Part shown: piece after piece, positions 38,700 through 51,800 of the stretch
Numbering within the stretch: the stretch's first letter is position 1
Layout of the letters: every line of letters begins with the position of its first letter
Origin: Azolla caroliniana
Taxonomy: Eukaryota > Plantae > Polypodiophyta
Assembly: GCA_043228905.1 (NCBI GenBank)
Contig: JBHGNT010000003.1
Coordinates: 806,001-870,000 of the forward strand
Length of the DNA: 64,000 nt
Reading direction: 5' to 3'
Position numbers and translations under genes: made by a program
Notes under the pieces: generated by a model
The model's database searches: none
Told to the model about the DNA's origin: nothing
What the model saw: the letters and a program-made list of their open reading frames with translations, nothing else

Positions 38700-41513
38700 A
38701 TGGAGGCAACTCTAAGCAGCAGCAGTAGCAGGGATAGATCTATGGCATCAGAATGCAGATCCCCATCTTCTCGCCATCGCCATCATCAGCATTACCACTA
38801 CCATCTCCTGCCTCTGCTCCTCCTCCATCTCTCCTCCTTCTCCTCCCCTGTCCCCATCCTAGCCCTGGGCTCCATGTCCTCTGCCGCCGCCTCCTATGGC
38901 GCCAACGGCCCTGCATTCTGCTCCGTCGTCAATGGCAGCTCCCAGTCTGATGCCGGCGCCTCGTCTTCCTCCGGAAACACAGGCAACTATGTGGGCTGCT
39001 TCGGGAGCGACGAGGCTTCGGTATATGGCGCCCCTCTGCGCCTCGCTCTGTCTGGATTGACTGCTGGCGATGGCTTCTTCTGCGGCCTCACCATCTCCAC
39101 CAAGCTACCCTATTGCTGGGGGAACAACATCTATGTCCAACAAGGTACTCCTGCATTACCTAACCCTAACCCTTATAACGTCAGCCCCAGCCCTACCAAC
39201 AACACTAGACATAACAGTAACCCTAGCCCTAACTCTAAGCAGAATTTGAACCCTAGCCCCAACCTTAGCCCTAACCCTAACCCTAACCCTAACCCTAGCA
39301 TAGAATATACTGACGTCTCGGCAGGAGACAACCACCTCTGTGCCCTCAAATCATCATCTCTAATCGGAGAAGAAGGAGAGGCTGTGGATTGCTGGGGTTA
39401 TAACATGACTGGATCTTATGTGAAAGGAGGGCTTCTGGAGTCCATTACTTCTGGCTCTTCCTTCTCCTGTGGAATCTTTGTCTCTAACAAGACGGTTACA
39501 TGTTGGGGCGATGAAACTGCAAGCGGAGTAATCACGAAGCTTCCGAAAGAGGTGAGGTTTAAGTCCATTTCTGCTGGTGGCTATCATGTATGTGGGATCA
39601 TTGAGCAAAATGGAGAGACTTTGTGCTGGGGAAGAGCACTGAAAGATCAAAATGGGTTTCCGGGACACTCTCGGTTCGAGACTATCGTGGGCGGGAAATT
39701 TCATGCTTGTGGGCTTCTATCTTCTCAAAGGACACCAGCATGTTGGGGTCTTATTGACCCTCCTAAGAGTAGCCCCATACCTAATGCATCACACTTCTCT
39801 GTTATTGTGGCAGGGGATTACTACACATGTGGCATCATTGACAGCACTTTGTCCAGAAACCCTTTATGTTGGGGCTCTCAATTCCCCATAAACCTGCCTA
39901 CAAGTGCTTTGCCCACTACCACTTCTACTAGTGGTAGTGTTAATTGTTCCATTTGCACTACCAATTGCCCGCCCAGTTGTTCGGTACATAATCACCATCG
40001 CTCTCGGTCCCTCCAAACACCCATCATGATTGGGGAGTTATCACTTGCAATCGTAGTGGTCGGCTGCGTGTTGGCAACTGCGAGCTTCTTGGTTAGATAT
40101 AGAGTTGCTAAGCTCGTGGCTTCGGATTCAGGTAAGGACCCCAAGGGTGCCTCAAAAGGGGGTTCCTTCGGCTCTTCTTCTCCCCAGAAAGAAAAACTGA
40201 AATCCGGGTTTGAGGAACCCAACTTGTCTCGCGCCGAAGCCTTTAGCTACCAAGAGCTAGAGAGAGCTACGAATGGCTTCGGTAAAGATAATGAAGTCGG
40301 CAAAGGGAGCTTCTCATGTGTTTTCAAAGGTGTTCTCAGTGATGGCCGAGTTGTCGCAGTGAAAAGGGCGGTCGCACTGCCGAGCCGCAAAGATTCCAAC
40401 GAGTTCAGAAACGAGCTTGATCTTTTATCAAGGCTAAACCATGCCCATCTGCTCACTCTTTTAGGGTTTTGCGATGATCGAGAAGAGAGGCTCTTGGTGT
40501 ACGAGTTCATGGCAAACGGAACATTACATGAACAACTCCATGGCAAGAACAAGTTGCAACTAGGGTGGATCCGAAGAGTGACCATTGCAGTTCAAGCAGC
40601 TCGAGGTCTAGAATACCTTCATGGTTATGCTTGTCCTCCGGTAATCCATAGAGATATCAAATCATCCAACATCCTGCTGGATGAAGAATGGAATGCGAGG
40701 GTATCCGATTTCGGCCTCTCTTTGCTTGGCCCTAGTGAAAGTGGCTCACCTTTATCCGAACTCCCAGCAGGAACATTGGGCTATCTGGATCCGGAATACT
40801 ATAGGCTGCATTACCTCACCACCAAGAGTGATGTCTACAGCTTCGGAGTATTGCTCTTGGAGATTATGAGCGGACGGAAAGCTATAGACATGCAATATGA
40901 TGAGGGAAATATCGTCGAATGGGCGGTGCCTCTAATCAAAGATGGGCAAATTGCACTGATATTGGATCCGAGACTAGAGACCCCCCCAAATCTCGAGGCT
41001 ATACAAAAGATCGCTGGTGTTGCTGCACGATGTGTAAAGATGAGAGGCAAAGACCGACCATCTATGGATAAGGTCACAACATCTTTAGAGAGGGCACTTG
41101 CTATGTTGATGGGTACTTACTCAGATGCACAACCCTTCTTACCATCTGAAGTGGTTCTTGGTAGCAATAGGTTGCATCGGAAATCTTCAAGATCATCATA
41201 TCGATCCACTTTTAATGCGGATTCCTCCGATACCACGGACTTTGAGCATGGGGAACAAAAGCATTCTTCTTTTGCTACATACCCGAGCCTCCATTCTTCA
41301 TTGCGGTATGGCTCTCTCTCAGATAATGATGTCGGTGGCGGGGGTACCGTTGATATTATAATACCTCATTGTGACCAAGATTTAGAGCTCCATAAGAATC
41401 ATCATCATCATCATCTGCAACAACGGCTAGATCGCGGGAATAATATACAAGCGAATTCCGAGATCTTCATGGCTTCACCTCGGGAGCAATTATTTTTGCA
41501 TTCGAATTTTTGA
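38700..41513 (+). CDS. CR4: CRINKLY4/ACR4-type receptor-like Ser/Thr kinase, intronless, about 937 aa
   Basis: Signal peptide then 'ALGSMSSAAASYGANGPAFC'; crinkly (RCC1-like) repeats 'AGDGFFCGL..PYCWG', 'AGDNHLCAL..VDCWGYN', 'AGGYHVCGI', 'GGKFHACG'; a TM helix; intact kinase motifs GKGSFS, VAVK, 'LLSRLNHAHLL', 'LHGYACPPVIHRDIKSSN', DFG, 'YYRLHYLTTKSDVYSFG'; C-terminal 'PSEVVLGSNRLHRK' and 'LFLHSNF'. Start at ATG 38700 (alternative 38742); the upstream ORF extension is microsatellite. Confidence 0.93.
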   Translation: MEATLSSSSSRDRSMASECRSPSSRHRHHQHYHYHLLPLLLLHLSSFSSPVPILALGSMSSAAASYGANGPAFCSVVNGSSQSDAGASSSSGNTGNYVGCFGSDEASVYGAPLRLALSGLTAGDGFFCGLTISTKLPYCWGNNIYVQQGTPALPNPNPYNVSPSPTNNTRHNSNPSPNSKQNLNPSPNLSPNPNPNPNPSIEYTDVSAGDNHLCALKSSSLIGEEGEAVDCWGYNMTGSYVKGGLLESITSGSSFSCGIFVSNKTVTCWGDETASGVITKLPKEVRFKSISAGGYHVCGIIEQNGETLCWGRALKDQNGFPGHSRFETIVGGKFHACGLLSSQRTPACWGLIDPPKSSPIPNASHFSVIVAGDYYTCGIIDSTLSRNPLCWGSQFPINLPTSALPTTTSTSGSVNCSICTTNCPPSCSVHNHHRSRSLQTPIMIGELSLAIVVVGCVLATASFLVRYRVAKLVASDSGKDPKGASKGGSFGSSSPQKEKLKSGFEEPNLSRAEAFSYQELERATNGFGKDNEVGKGSFSCVFKGVLSDGRVVAVKRAVALPSRKDSNEFRNELDLLSRLNHAHLLTLLGFCDDREERLLVYEFMANGTLHEQLHGKNKLQLGWIRRVTIAVQAARGLEYLHGYACPPVIHRDIKSSNILLDEEWNARVSDFGLSLLGPSESGSPLSELPAGTLGYLDPEYYRLHYLTTKSDVYSFGVLLLEIMSGRKAIDMQYDEGNIVEWAVPLIKDGQIALILDPRLETPPNLEAIQKIAGVAARCVKMRGKDRPSMDKVTTSLERALAMLMGTYSDAQPFLPSEVVLGSNRLHRKSSRSSYRSTFNADSSDTTDFEHGEQKHSSFATYPSLHSSLRYGSLSDNDVGGGGTVDIIIPHCDQDLELHKNHHHHHLQQRLDRGNNIQANSEIFMASPREQLFLHSNF
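39160..39298 (+). repeat. in-frame (CCCTAA)n-like repeat encoding an Asn-Pro-rich insert
   Basis: cctaaccctaaccc ... ccctaaccctaaccctaaccctaaccctagc translates as PNPNP...NPSPNLSPNPNPNPNPS. Confidence 0.9.
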
Positions 41514-42259
41514 AAAAGAGCGCGGACATGGAACTGATGACTCGATTTGATTGCGTGTGTGTGAACTCTGCTTTTTCAAAGCTATGGCAAATGGCATTGG
41601 GGCTATGGGAAATAAGAGCTGATGATGGAAAGATGGTTCGCAAATGGGCGGCCGATTGGCACTCGGAAAAAATACATGAGTGGAAAAAGAAAACTCTCCA
41701 TGAAATCTGGTTGTTTTGCAAAAAAAAATGTCATCATGTGTGTTGACACACATGTATGTGCTTTATATATATAAACATTTGGGGTGACTCTTATCTCCTT
41801 ACTGACAAGAGCCAATTGGGATTAAAACACCAACAGAGACATCCATGAACATAACCGGAATGGCCGATGAATTTACCATATTTTGTATCAGTTCTTATCA
41901 TGAAGAAGAACTTTTAATGTAGACTGAACTCTTCTAGTTCCTATGGAGAGCTAGAAAAGGCTCTGGAAACTCATCTTTCCCTTATGTCTCAAGATTTGCT
42001 GACAAAACCATGTAGAGAGAGCATATACATAGCCTCTATATGAATGTTTTCCTTTCTTTCTTGTAATTTGTGTATTTTTTTATTTTTTTTGTTTAAAACT
42101 CAAAAGTCAGATGGCTTGGGGAATTTGTTCCTTCACCTTCCTTCTGTCTGTATATATCTGTGTCTCTCTTTTGGGTTGTTTGGATGGAAAGGGTTTTCCT
42201 TTGTAATTGATTGACAGTATACAGATTATAATAAATATTGAAATAATTGGTGCACATGA

Positions 42260-42332
42260 GCCGGCCTAGCTCAGCTGGTAGAGCGCAAGGCTCTTAACCT
42301 TGTGGTCATGGGTTCGAGCCCCATGGCCGGCG
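42260..42332 (+). tRNA. tRNA-Lys, anticodon CTT
   Basis: 73 nt. Acceptor GCCGGCC/GGCCGGC, D-arm GCTC/GAGC, anticodon arm CAAGG-CTCTTAA-CCTTG, T-arm ATGGG-TTCGAGC-CCCAT. A TTTTT Pol III terminator lies at 42342-42346. Confidence 0.97.
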
Positions 42333-45300
42333 CTTATCTTCTTTTTGTTATCCATATGTGTATATATATATCTCTTCTTATTTACTTAATGAAAATACTC
42401 TTCTTCCACAACTAACCATTTCACAAAACTAAATTCATATATTTATGTCTCTTCTTCTAAGTTGGCAACCCCCATCCCTTTTGGTTTTTTCTTTTCTGGC
42501 CAAAACACTTGGAACCCAACACTTTTGTCCTAGGTTTCGGCCACAAAGACTTCCACATGAGTCTTCCCTAAACCCCGTGCCCGACGAGTTTTTCTTTCCA
42601 ATCAAACCATACGATTCTCCTTCCCTGCAACATTCCATCAACTAGTTTGGCCCCCGATGCGACCAGTCCTTTCCAACACTTCTATTTTGTTTGTATGATC
42701 TAATGCGTACAACCATTGCTCTGTTGGGCTACAATGTTAACATGCACCTGGCTTCATTGGTCGAACCTCGCTTTTCTCAGTATCACTTCATCGTAGGCTT
42801 CGATGTGATTTTCTAGTCAAACATCTCCTCCTAGAAAGCAAATAATGGCATTGTTTGCAACCCTTTGGTTGAAAAGGATGGGTGAAGGGTGAAGCCATAT
42901 TCTTATGGTGTCACTTGAAACTCAAACTATGAAGTGCTTTTTTTTTCTATTCTTTATAATAATGAACCAATAGTTAAACACAACCTTGAAAACGTAAGGA
43001 CACAACCTTCAATTGCATGCGAAGCACTCACTTTACCATGACATCCATGCATTCTCATTTTAAGACTAGAAGTAAGGTGAGGTAATGGATTTATAAGCCT
43101 TAATTGGATAGACCAAATGGGGCAAGATCACCAGAGTGTCATGTGAGATGCATAAGCAGACAATGCTTTCTTTCGCATTGGGCTTTATTTAGCCTATAAA
43201 CAATACCTCATTTATTTTTGGAATAAGTTTTCAGAACCTTATTGAATTATTAAGTCATTTCTTACTTCAAATCACTTTGTTTTCATTACGACCTTGTTGT
43301 TTTGTTGTAGGATGATGGTAGTTTTAGGAAATTAATGAGTGTGTCGACTAGGCCTTTTTAAAAGACAGGCTTTGGCATTTCCTCTTTGTGGGTTCTTACA
43401 ACATCTACTTTTGTACGAACTAAAGTATATATATATATTATTAAAAGGAGACTCCCTCAACAAAACACAAAGGAAAAAGACAAAGCTCCAAGAGCTTTTG
43501 ATTTGTTGTCACTTCTTATGGTCCCTTGGATCATTTCCTCATCAATCTCAAAATGATCGATTTCATTTTGTTAATAGGACATGTTAAATTTTGTGCTCAA
43601 GTTACAACTTAGATGATGAATAGGAGAGCAACAGAGAAAGTACTACAAGTAACTACCGTTCAATAAAAACTTCACTCTAACAACTTATAGGCAAATGGAA
43701 TAGATTCTTGGTTCTTAACACCTTTCTTATTTGTTTTCTTTTTGGGGATTCTAAAATGTAATTCGAGAATAGTGCATTGTTGCATTTCGATCATTCTTAT
43801 GATGAACATTGGGGATGAGTTGTATCAACCTTATTAACCAAAAGTAAGTTTCTCTTGAAAGGGGGTTGCTTGAAACCTGTACATAAACATATTACAATCA
43901 CGGAACTCATAGTACAGTTAAGACCTAGTGTTTGATGTAAATCATATTCCTCAAAGTGAAAAATGATGGTAACTTCTTATGGATACTGCAAATTGAACAT
44001 GAATTTTAGATGTATAATTCTTATGTCACATTGTCGTTACAAAGCACTTACCACCATGTTGATGGTCAACATACACCATTATATAATCATGCAAATCCGT
44101 TGACGAACTATCTTACATATGGTATGGAACTCAAGCAAATTCACACACCAATCTTAGGTTCTCTATCATTTACTTTGTAATGTGCCAACAAACACAATGG
44201 CATATTAAACATGATTTATGCTAAGGAAAGGCATCATCGCAAATCAATATATGAAAAATAATAAAAACATTTTGAAGTAACTGAGAAAAACAAACTCAAA
44301 GTAACTTTTGGATTTGTAAAGTTGTACAATGGAGGAGCAATACAGTTTTCAATTGTTAGCTTCGTTATGTATGTGGACCAGTCCATTGCTGCAAAACATC
44401 AAATCCCCATTTTGTTGAAAATATAAAAGTAGTACATGACAAAGTTTGTGAATATAGAAAGGAAACTACATAAGGAGTAAAAATAGGTATAAGTCATCAA
44501 TTTCTTTTCCCTTTTCTCTCTTTTCATATTTGAAATTTAATCTTTGCGACATGTACAAACATTTTCATATGCATATAAATAATTTTGGGAAATATGTTAA
44601 CAAGGCGTAAGTATTCCAAGCTACATTGAACAATGGTTTTCCTAGTGATGAATTGCATTAATTTTCATGTGAACTACATATCGCCTCAAACAAAGATTAG
44701 ACTAATGAACAAAATGGTAAAAAAATTTATATTCATGTATGTAATCTAGATAATAAACATGATTTGAGAGGCCACCTTCATATAGATATGTAGTGGAGAG
44801 GCTAGTCTATGCGGTGTCCAAACACCAACTTGGACACAGTGTCCTCACCAAAGGCTCCTATGTAGTCAACTAAAAGGCTCTAAATTAGAGGGTCTTTACA
44901 CAATAATATGGGTGGGTAGTTTACTCAACATCTAGACATTGTGTAGGTTCTAGACACTTTTGCTTGTGCTGGCACATTAGTGACAACTGTTTGGCTTTCT
45001 TTGTTGGTGTTGGTGTTGGTGTTGGTTGAACCATCACACATTTGGGAGCATATGGTCTCATTGGGGTCAAATCAAGTGAGGCCTACCACTATCTAAACTT
45101 TAATATGCTACTATTTGACATTTGTGTGACATTATTCAACACAATATTCAATCTATTTGGCAAATTTTATTGCGTTGGCCCTGTCTATGTATTTATCTAA
45201 CTCCTTGGTACGTTATCTCATTGTGAATGCTACATAACGACAACATATCCTTTACACACCAAAGCATTTCTTGTCCAGATAATTGAAACACTCGTAACTT

Positions 45301-47624
45301 CGTCATAAGATCCTTATTGACCCAATAATGATTCCTAAATTAAACATGGAGGAGTCAATCATTGGCTCGAGCAATTCTAATCTCAACTAGTAACATTGGG
45401 AGTCATTTCTATTGGTCAACAAGGGAACACATTGTCTCAATTTAAATCATAATCATCATTAGTTTGAATAATGTCGAGGTATAGCCTAAACCTTACTATA
45501 AAATGAGAAAATGTAATTGTCACTATTTATTTTGTTGTTGCTTCGTATGTTGACAAATTTAGTAATCAACGAACAACATCAACTAGAACTTTGATGGTGG
45601 CAATCATGTTAATCCATTCATGAAAATGCCTAATAAGATAAAAAAATTCGACTACTTTCTATTGATGTGACATAATCTCCTTGGTAACTATGCCTTTTGA
45701 TTATTTGGACAATTGGTTCACATCCATGCCCCAACCTACTGACCGGTTGAAGTCTTTCCTTGACATTCATCTCGCAACATTTCAACTATAAGAGTAAAAT
45801 AATTGGCAAGTCTTTGCTCATTCATCTGACACACATTTCAACCATACCAGTAAAATAAATGGTGGACGTGGTAACATTCTACAATGACATTTTTGCCTCA
45901 CACCTCATATTTAGACATGGGTCTGCTCTCAATCATCTAGAATTGGGAAAATGTTTCTTAACTAATTGGTCAAGTTATCGTTTCAAACATGAACAATATG
46001 GAATTCATGAAAATATGTTTTCTAAAGTGATAAATTTAACTATTTCTATCAAATTTTGATTATAAATATCATCAAGTAGTTCGTTCATAAAATCAATCAA
46101 TGTTTTAATGAATGCGGGAAACTTTTCCAAAACGTAACATCATGTGTGTCTGCTCACATATGGCAAGAATACTGCCTCAAAAGCTTGGACAAAACATTGA
46201 GCACCTTAAGCCCCAAATGATTCAATTGTGCCATGTAGGCATGGATTTGCATCTAAGAACATGGACAAAACAAATCCTAAATAGATAAGAAGTCAAATAC
46301 TTAACTTTCTACCCGTGAGATGTAACTTTCTTGACATTTGAGTACCTTTCGCAACACGTGTTTGTCATTGGTACACAAACTTCCATTGTTGAGATAAAAG
46401 CCTTCAAGGAGAAGATTGAGTATGGGGCATCTTTAGTTTTGCGCACACAGAGTTCAAGGTGTGATCTTGTTAGTGATAACCATCAAATCCGTCTTGAGAG
46501 AATGTGATATGGACAAAATAGATATTTGGGTATATATCAATGGATTGAAATGGAGAAATGACATGATGTAATAGATAGGTGCGAATTTTGGGTCTTTCAT
46601 GGATCCACACATTTGTCCTAACGAGTGAGACATGACTATCTCTCAACTTTCAAGCTCACACCAATAGAAAATATTTCTAGGAAGTATTTTAAATTTGATG
46701 TGTGGGGATGTATAGACAATATTCACACTATTTTCAGATTTGGATAACAAGTATTTGGCAACAACAACATATGGGTTCTTCTCCTAGTCCACATATTTCA
46801 AAAGCTACTTTTTGGTTGATGGAAATATAAAGTTCCATCTTGTCATTAATTTGATCAAAATAGTTTGTAAAAACTTTGTGAAACCATCGAGATTACATGT
46901 AACAACTCTAAACGAATAAAAAACAAATACATTCTAAAGTATCGCGTTACGCAAGATATAAGAGCATGTAAAGAACGCAACTAGCTTTTAATGAACTCAT
47001 CAATTCTGACGAAACGAAAGTAATGGTTTCTTGGACTAACATTATTTGACCCTGAAAATGATAATATTCCTACACATACGGATTATGCACTGCTACTAAA
47101 AATAACATTTCAGAAGCTTTGGCGTTGCATTCCAATCTTTCAATTGACAAATTGCAGGATACTCTGGAAGTTTTCTCCCCGTTTGTTGGTTGTTTTCCTC
47201 TACTCTGGATGTATATAGATTTGTTTCCTTAGCTCATTTAAACGAAGGATCCATGGCTAGCCATTGTCTTACACAAGACAAGCTTGGGAAGGATAGTCAC
47301 TTCCTTTCCATCTATTTTGTATGTTGTAGTTTATATGCCTTTTTTAAAACTAATGGAAGGATATGTTGTTTTTAAAAAACAAAGGAACGCCACTACTTAA
47401 CAAACTTTTTCCATTTTTTTATTTTTTTATTTTTTTACTTTTTCTCAAAAAAAACTCCTTCCATTAGTTATACAATTTTACATATGATATTAACGTTTTC
47501 CAATTTTATAGAACTGTATTTTTAAAGACTAGTGATTTTCAATGTGAAGGTTGTGGATTCAAGTCTCCAGCTCGGTGATGATGATGTACTAAAATAAAAT
47601 CCTCTAATTTAAGTACAAAGCACA

Positions 47625-47975
47625 AGTTTAGCAAGGATGCATAAGTTCATCGACTAAAGCTCATAAATTTAGAATAAAACTATTTGACGTGTTTAATAAA
47701 TCTAGTATTAAACAAATAACGTTAATTTTCTCCCGTAACAAACTAACCTTTATAGATACAAAAATCCTATCAAGTCAATAAATTGTGTGAACGTTTACTA
47801 GTTTGGCAAGGATGCACAAGTTCATCGATTGAAGCTCATAAATTTAGAATAAAACTATTTGACATGTTAAATTAATCTAGTATTAAAAATAATAATGTTA
47901 ATTTGATCGAGTAATAAACTAACTTTTATAGTTACACACATCCTATCAAGTCAATCAATTATGTGAACTTTTAAT
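47625..47975. repeat. 175-bp tandem duplication
   Basis: 'agtt..gcaaggatgca.aagttcatcga...tcctatcaagtcaat.aatt.tgtgaac' occurs twice. Confidence 0.85.
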
Positions 47976-48049
47976 ACAAACTCAAGCTAAAGTAAATGGC
48001 TTGAATGAAACCGATTTTATGTCTATTTGATGGCATTTAAGGATTACAT

Positions 48050-48800
48050 GTCTATTTGGTGGCATTGATATATGGAATCTACCAAGCATAATTTTATCAT
48101 TTAGGCAAAAAGTTTCAAGTCTCGTTCCATGAATATAATTATAAATTGACAGCTTCAGCAAAAGTTTTGCTTAAGCTATTGAGTAAACCACCATATTTAT
48201 CGTAAATATAGTTGGTACACCTCGAAGAACTTAAAAGTTTGATTTCCAAAACAATCAATGACTTAGCCATAGCACCATATGTATCGTCAATTCAAAAGTT
48301 GACATGCCTTGAAATACTTAAACATTGATTTACTTCATATAAGTAATGAATTATCCTCAACAAGTTGAGAACGAACAAGTTGTAAGGACCATAAATTCAC
48401 ACTCTAATCTTAATTATTGCTTATAATGTTGCCAAGAAGGACAAACAGAGTAGAAGTTCCCACATCTATTAAAATGGGTGACGTGTGAAGGATCTAAAAG
48501 AATGAATAAAGTATGCTACGAAGTTTTATTGACAATCCCAGGATGAGGCAAACATATGATTGATTGAAGTTTGAACCATAAAGTCGTGTGGAGGAGTGGT
48601 CCTTAAATATAATCTCCTTGAGGCTTGGATTTGACCTCATATATGAACAAACAAGATGACATGTGATTGATATCCTAGATGTACATGTCCCAAATGGATC
48701 CATTCTTATATCTAATAACCTTGTCTTGTTGTATGCTGCAATATACAACTTTTATGAAGTTTCAAGACCCCATGTGAAAAAACCTTTTCACTCTCTCTAA
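48050..48800 (+). mobile_element. possible ancient PIF/Harbinger transposase remnant
   Basis: 'NNLVLLYAAIYNFYE' near 48715-48760 resembles the Harbinger DDE C-terminus (..CC.LHNF.E). The rest is highly decayed. Confidence 0.2.
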
Positions 48801-51800
48801 ATGTTCTAATGAACAATTTCGTAAGTATTTTTCATTGTCATCGTATTTTCACATAATTTTTCATGTAACTAAGGATCAATGCATCTAGGAGACCATGGAT
48901 TAATGCAACCAAGGATATATGTGAGGTATTGGACAACTTTAATCAAGTTGAAGTTGAAGTATTAGAATTATTCCATGGAAAACATTGTTTGTGGGTCAAT
49001 ATTTTAGTCAATAGTTATAGACTAAGGTAGTATATAGAAATAAAGGCAAAATAGAATACTTCATATGAATCTAAATGAGGCCAAGCATTGATTATTGCAA
49101 AAGTTGACATTGTTAGAACTTAGAAGAATTGATCAATCAAATTTCATGTTTAGGGAATAACAACACTAGTCGTGACTTCAAAAGAAATTTCTACTTGTGA
49201 ATAGTTCTCATACTTGTTTTCCTTTCCCCACAATGGCCAAAAATCGGGTTTTCAATGGCTTGGCTTCAAGGTTTGAACCTTGCAAATTTATGAGAATGGC
49301 AAAAAAGAGTGTCAAAGAGAACTGAGGTGACTTGAAACAGTACACCCAGCTTGTTTTAGATTAGTAAACTTTCCATATTGATAAGGCTACATCCTTCCAA
49401 CAATTGAGATTAACACTTGAAGTCCAATGTCCAACGTTATCTAATGTTGATTTTGGTAGGGTTGCTAGACCTCATCAAAGTTCTCATTTAATGTTGTGCA
49501 TGACTTGAATTGACCAACTCCCCAAGGCAAATCTTGAATCTTGTAGTGAGCAACATTCAAATTTTCATAGTAATGCTTCTTAGTGAAAGCTCATTTTCAC
49601 TTACACAACTAAACTTTTCAAGTTGATGAGGCTCCCCACATACTCAACACAATTGTAAGGTGTGTTTCCCTACAAGTCGATGCAGGAAACCATGTGATCT
49701 GGTGCACAAATTCTAAAAACCAAAACTAGTGGAGCATATTTTGTATGTTTCTTCAATACCAAGTCATTATTGGGAGGATCCACACTAACTTGAAAAGTAT
49801 AGTTTTAAATAGGTTTTCAACACAAAAAGAAGAAGATGCAAGGGGATCTATTTGGTAATGAAATCGATTTGTATATTAATAAACAAAGTATTATTTATTC
49901 CCGTCTGCAGAATGCTATTGATCATTCATTTGAACCAATTAAATCACGACACCTCTCGAGGCCAATTCTATGAAAAAGAATGTATTCTTCATTTCCCTGG
50001 AGCTTTATGTTTCATCTTGGATTTTTATGTATATATATAGACTTTACTTGAAAGTCGAGTTTAGGCATGTGATACACACAATGTCTTGTGAATATATCAT
50101 TTTCACACTGATATTGTCTATTTCAAAACAATTGTTACTTTTAAAGTAGGAGTTGCCACAATCACAATAATAGTCGCTAATACTTATGTTTCCTTATACA
50201 AATGATGACGAATTATACGTAGAAAGAACCCATCAACGAGTCATACTGTAAGGTTATATATACTTCATGAGAAGATGGCCATGGTAATCATTATCAATTA
50301 TGTATTTCATTCCTTGTATAAAAACTGGCAAGTTCAAAAGCTTGATCAAATTTTAATCGAGGAGCACATTTTTCCCAAACAGTGACTACAAAGCCAATTA
50401 TGAGCATCACAAGGGACTTGCATATTATTTGAGAAATTGTTTTAGTGACATGTAGTGCATCGCATCACATTATGCATTGAATGTCTTGTTTGAAGAATTG
50501 AATCCATATATGAAATAGTGATATATACAAATTGAGATAGGCATGTGACATTTATTAATGGAGATAGTATTACACTTGCTAGTTACACTACTGTGATTTG
50601 ACTCTCAAGCGTTTCCCTCATGGAGCCCAGGGCTTCATGTATAGTTGATTGCATTCATACAAGTACATCAAAGTAAGTTGAATTTTGTTACTATAAAAAA
50701 GTGTTTGTGTTTCGCAATATGTAGAACTAGAAACAATGTTTTTTGTCTACTTTGTACACTATCATGTTGTTTTCCCTATCCTGACAAGGAAAAGCGGACA
50801 TGGCAAAAGAAATGTCACTTTCTTGTCTGGATTGACTGTTTAGAGAGCATATGCCACAACATTTTGGTGGGAAATCACAACTATCGACCAAAAAGTGATG
50901 ATGGTTAAAAGATAGCTAAGTCTCCATTAACCCTCTTGATTATTTCAAATGCCAATGAAATCAAATATATGGTTCTACCATATGTGTGGAATCTGGATAA
51001 AGCAAAAGCTGATACATGATTATTTTGTACCTGCTAAGCAAATATAGGTTGTTGCTCAAGATGGGTTGAGCTAAGGAAAATCTAACGCTACTAAATCTAC
51101 TGGCCCATCTCACACAATGATCTTTGAAGTACACTTCTTTTGTAATCACGTAATTGCTTTAAATCTCAAGTGTGGGTGTAGCACAACTTGAACTTGCAAA
51201 CATTACTCATAAAACATTGAAGCTCAAATATTGGATCCTTCAAAATAAGTGAATATATGGCACTACAATCTTCCTAATCTTTCAACAAATTGACTATTAT
51301 TATATTGCACACCCTAAAACTAAAGCTTTTCGCATTGCCTTATACATAGAAATGCACATGTATGAGAAAATGTCTAAACATCTTATGCAATATTCTTACC
51401 CTTCATGCACGTGTAACCTATAGATTACACATTACTAATAGAATTTAAGTTATTTACTTAAAATACCAAAAGTTTTAGTTCTTGAAAAGAGTTTACCTAC
51501 CATGACAACGGTGTGCATTTTGTTAGCTATTTGCCTTGAAGACACGAAGAGATATTCTTTGACACCTACACGATTTTCTTTTCTTTACAAGGGGCATATG
51601 TAGGTGTAAAGTGTTACACAAAGAGTATTAAAGAAAACAGAAAGATGTTGCACCTTCCTTAATCGTACCTTATGGTATCAACATAATGCAAATCCAACCT
51701 TAATATAATATTTTAAAGGGCTCATATCAAATATAACTTTTGTATTAAGAGTAAAGTATAATTTGTGTATAAAGAGTAATACCAATGCTATCACGTCCCT

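Noticed and set aside
39360-41361. Antisense and alternate-frame ORFs overlapping CR4 (likewise 60236-61213 over ABI3)
   Set aside because: Shadow ORFs of real coding sequence with no recognisable domains.
44900-46700. Possible decayed Gypsy protease/gag region
   Set aside because: Too degenerate to support any motif with confidence.
47525-47580. B-box-like GGATTCAAGTC (and a similar minus-strand T-arm-like hairpin near 49260-49285)
   Set aside because: No A-box or cloverleaf can be built.
50961-51149. 'VRWASRF' resembling the hAT transposase TRW motif
   Set aside because: A single short motif with no other supporting transposase features.
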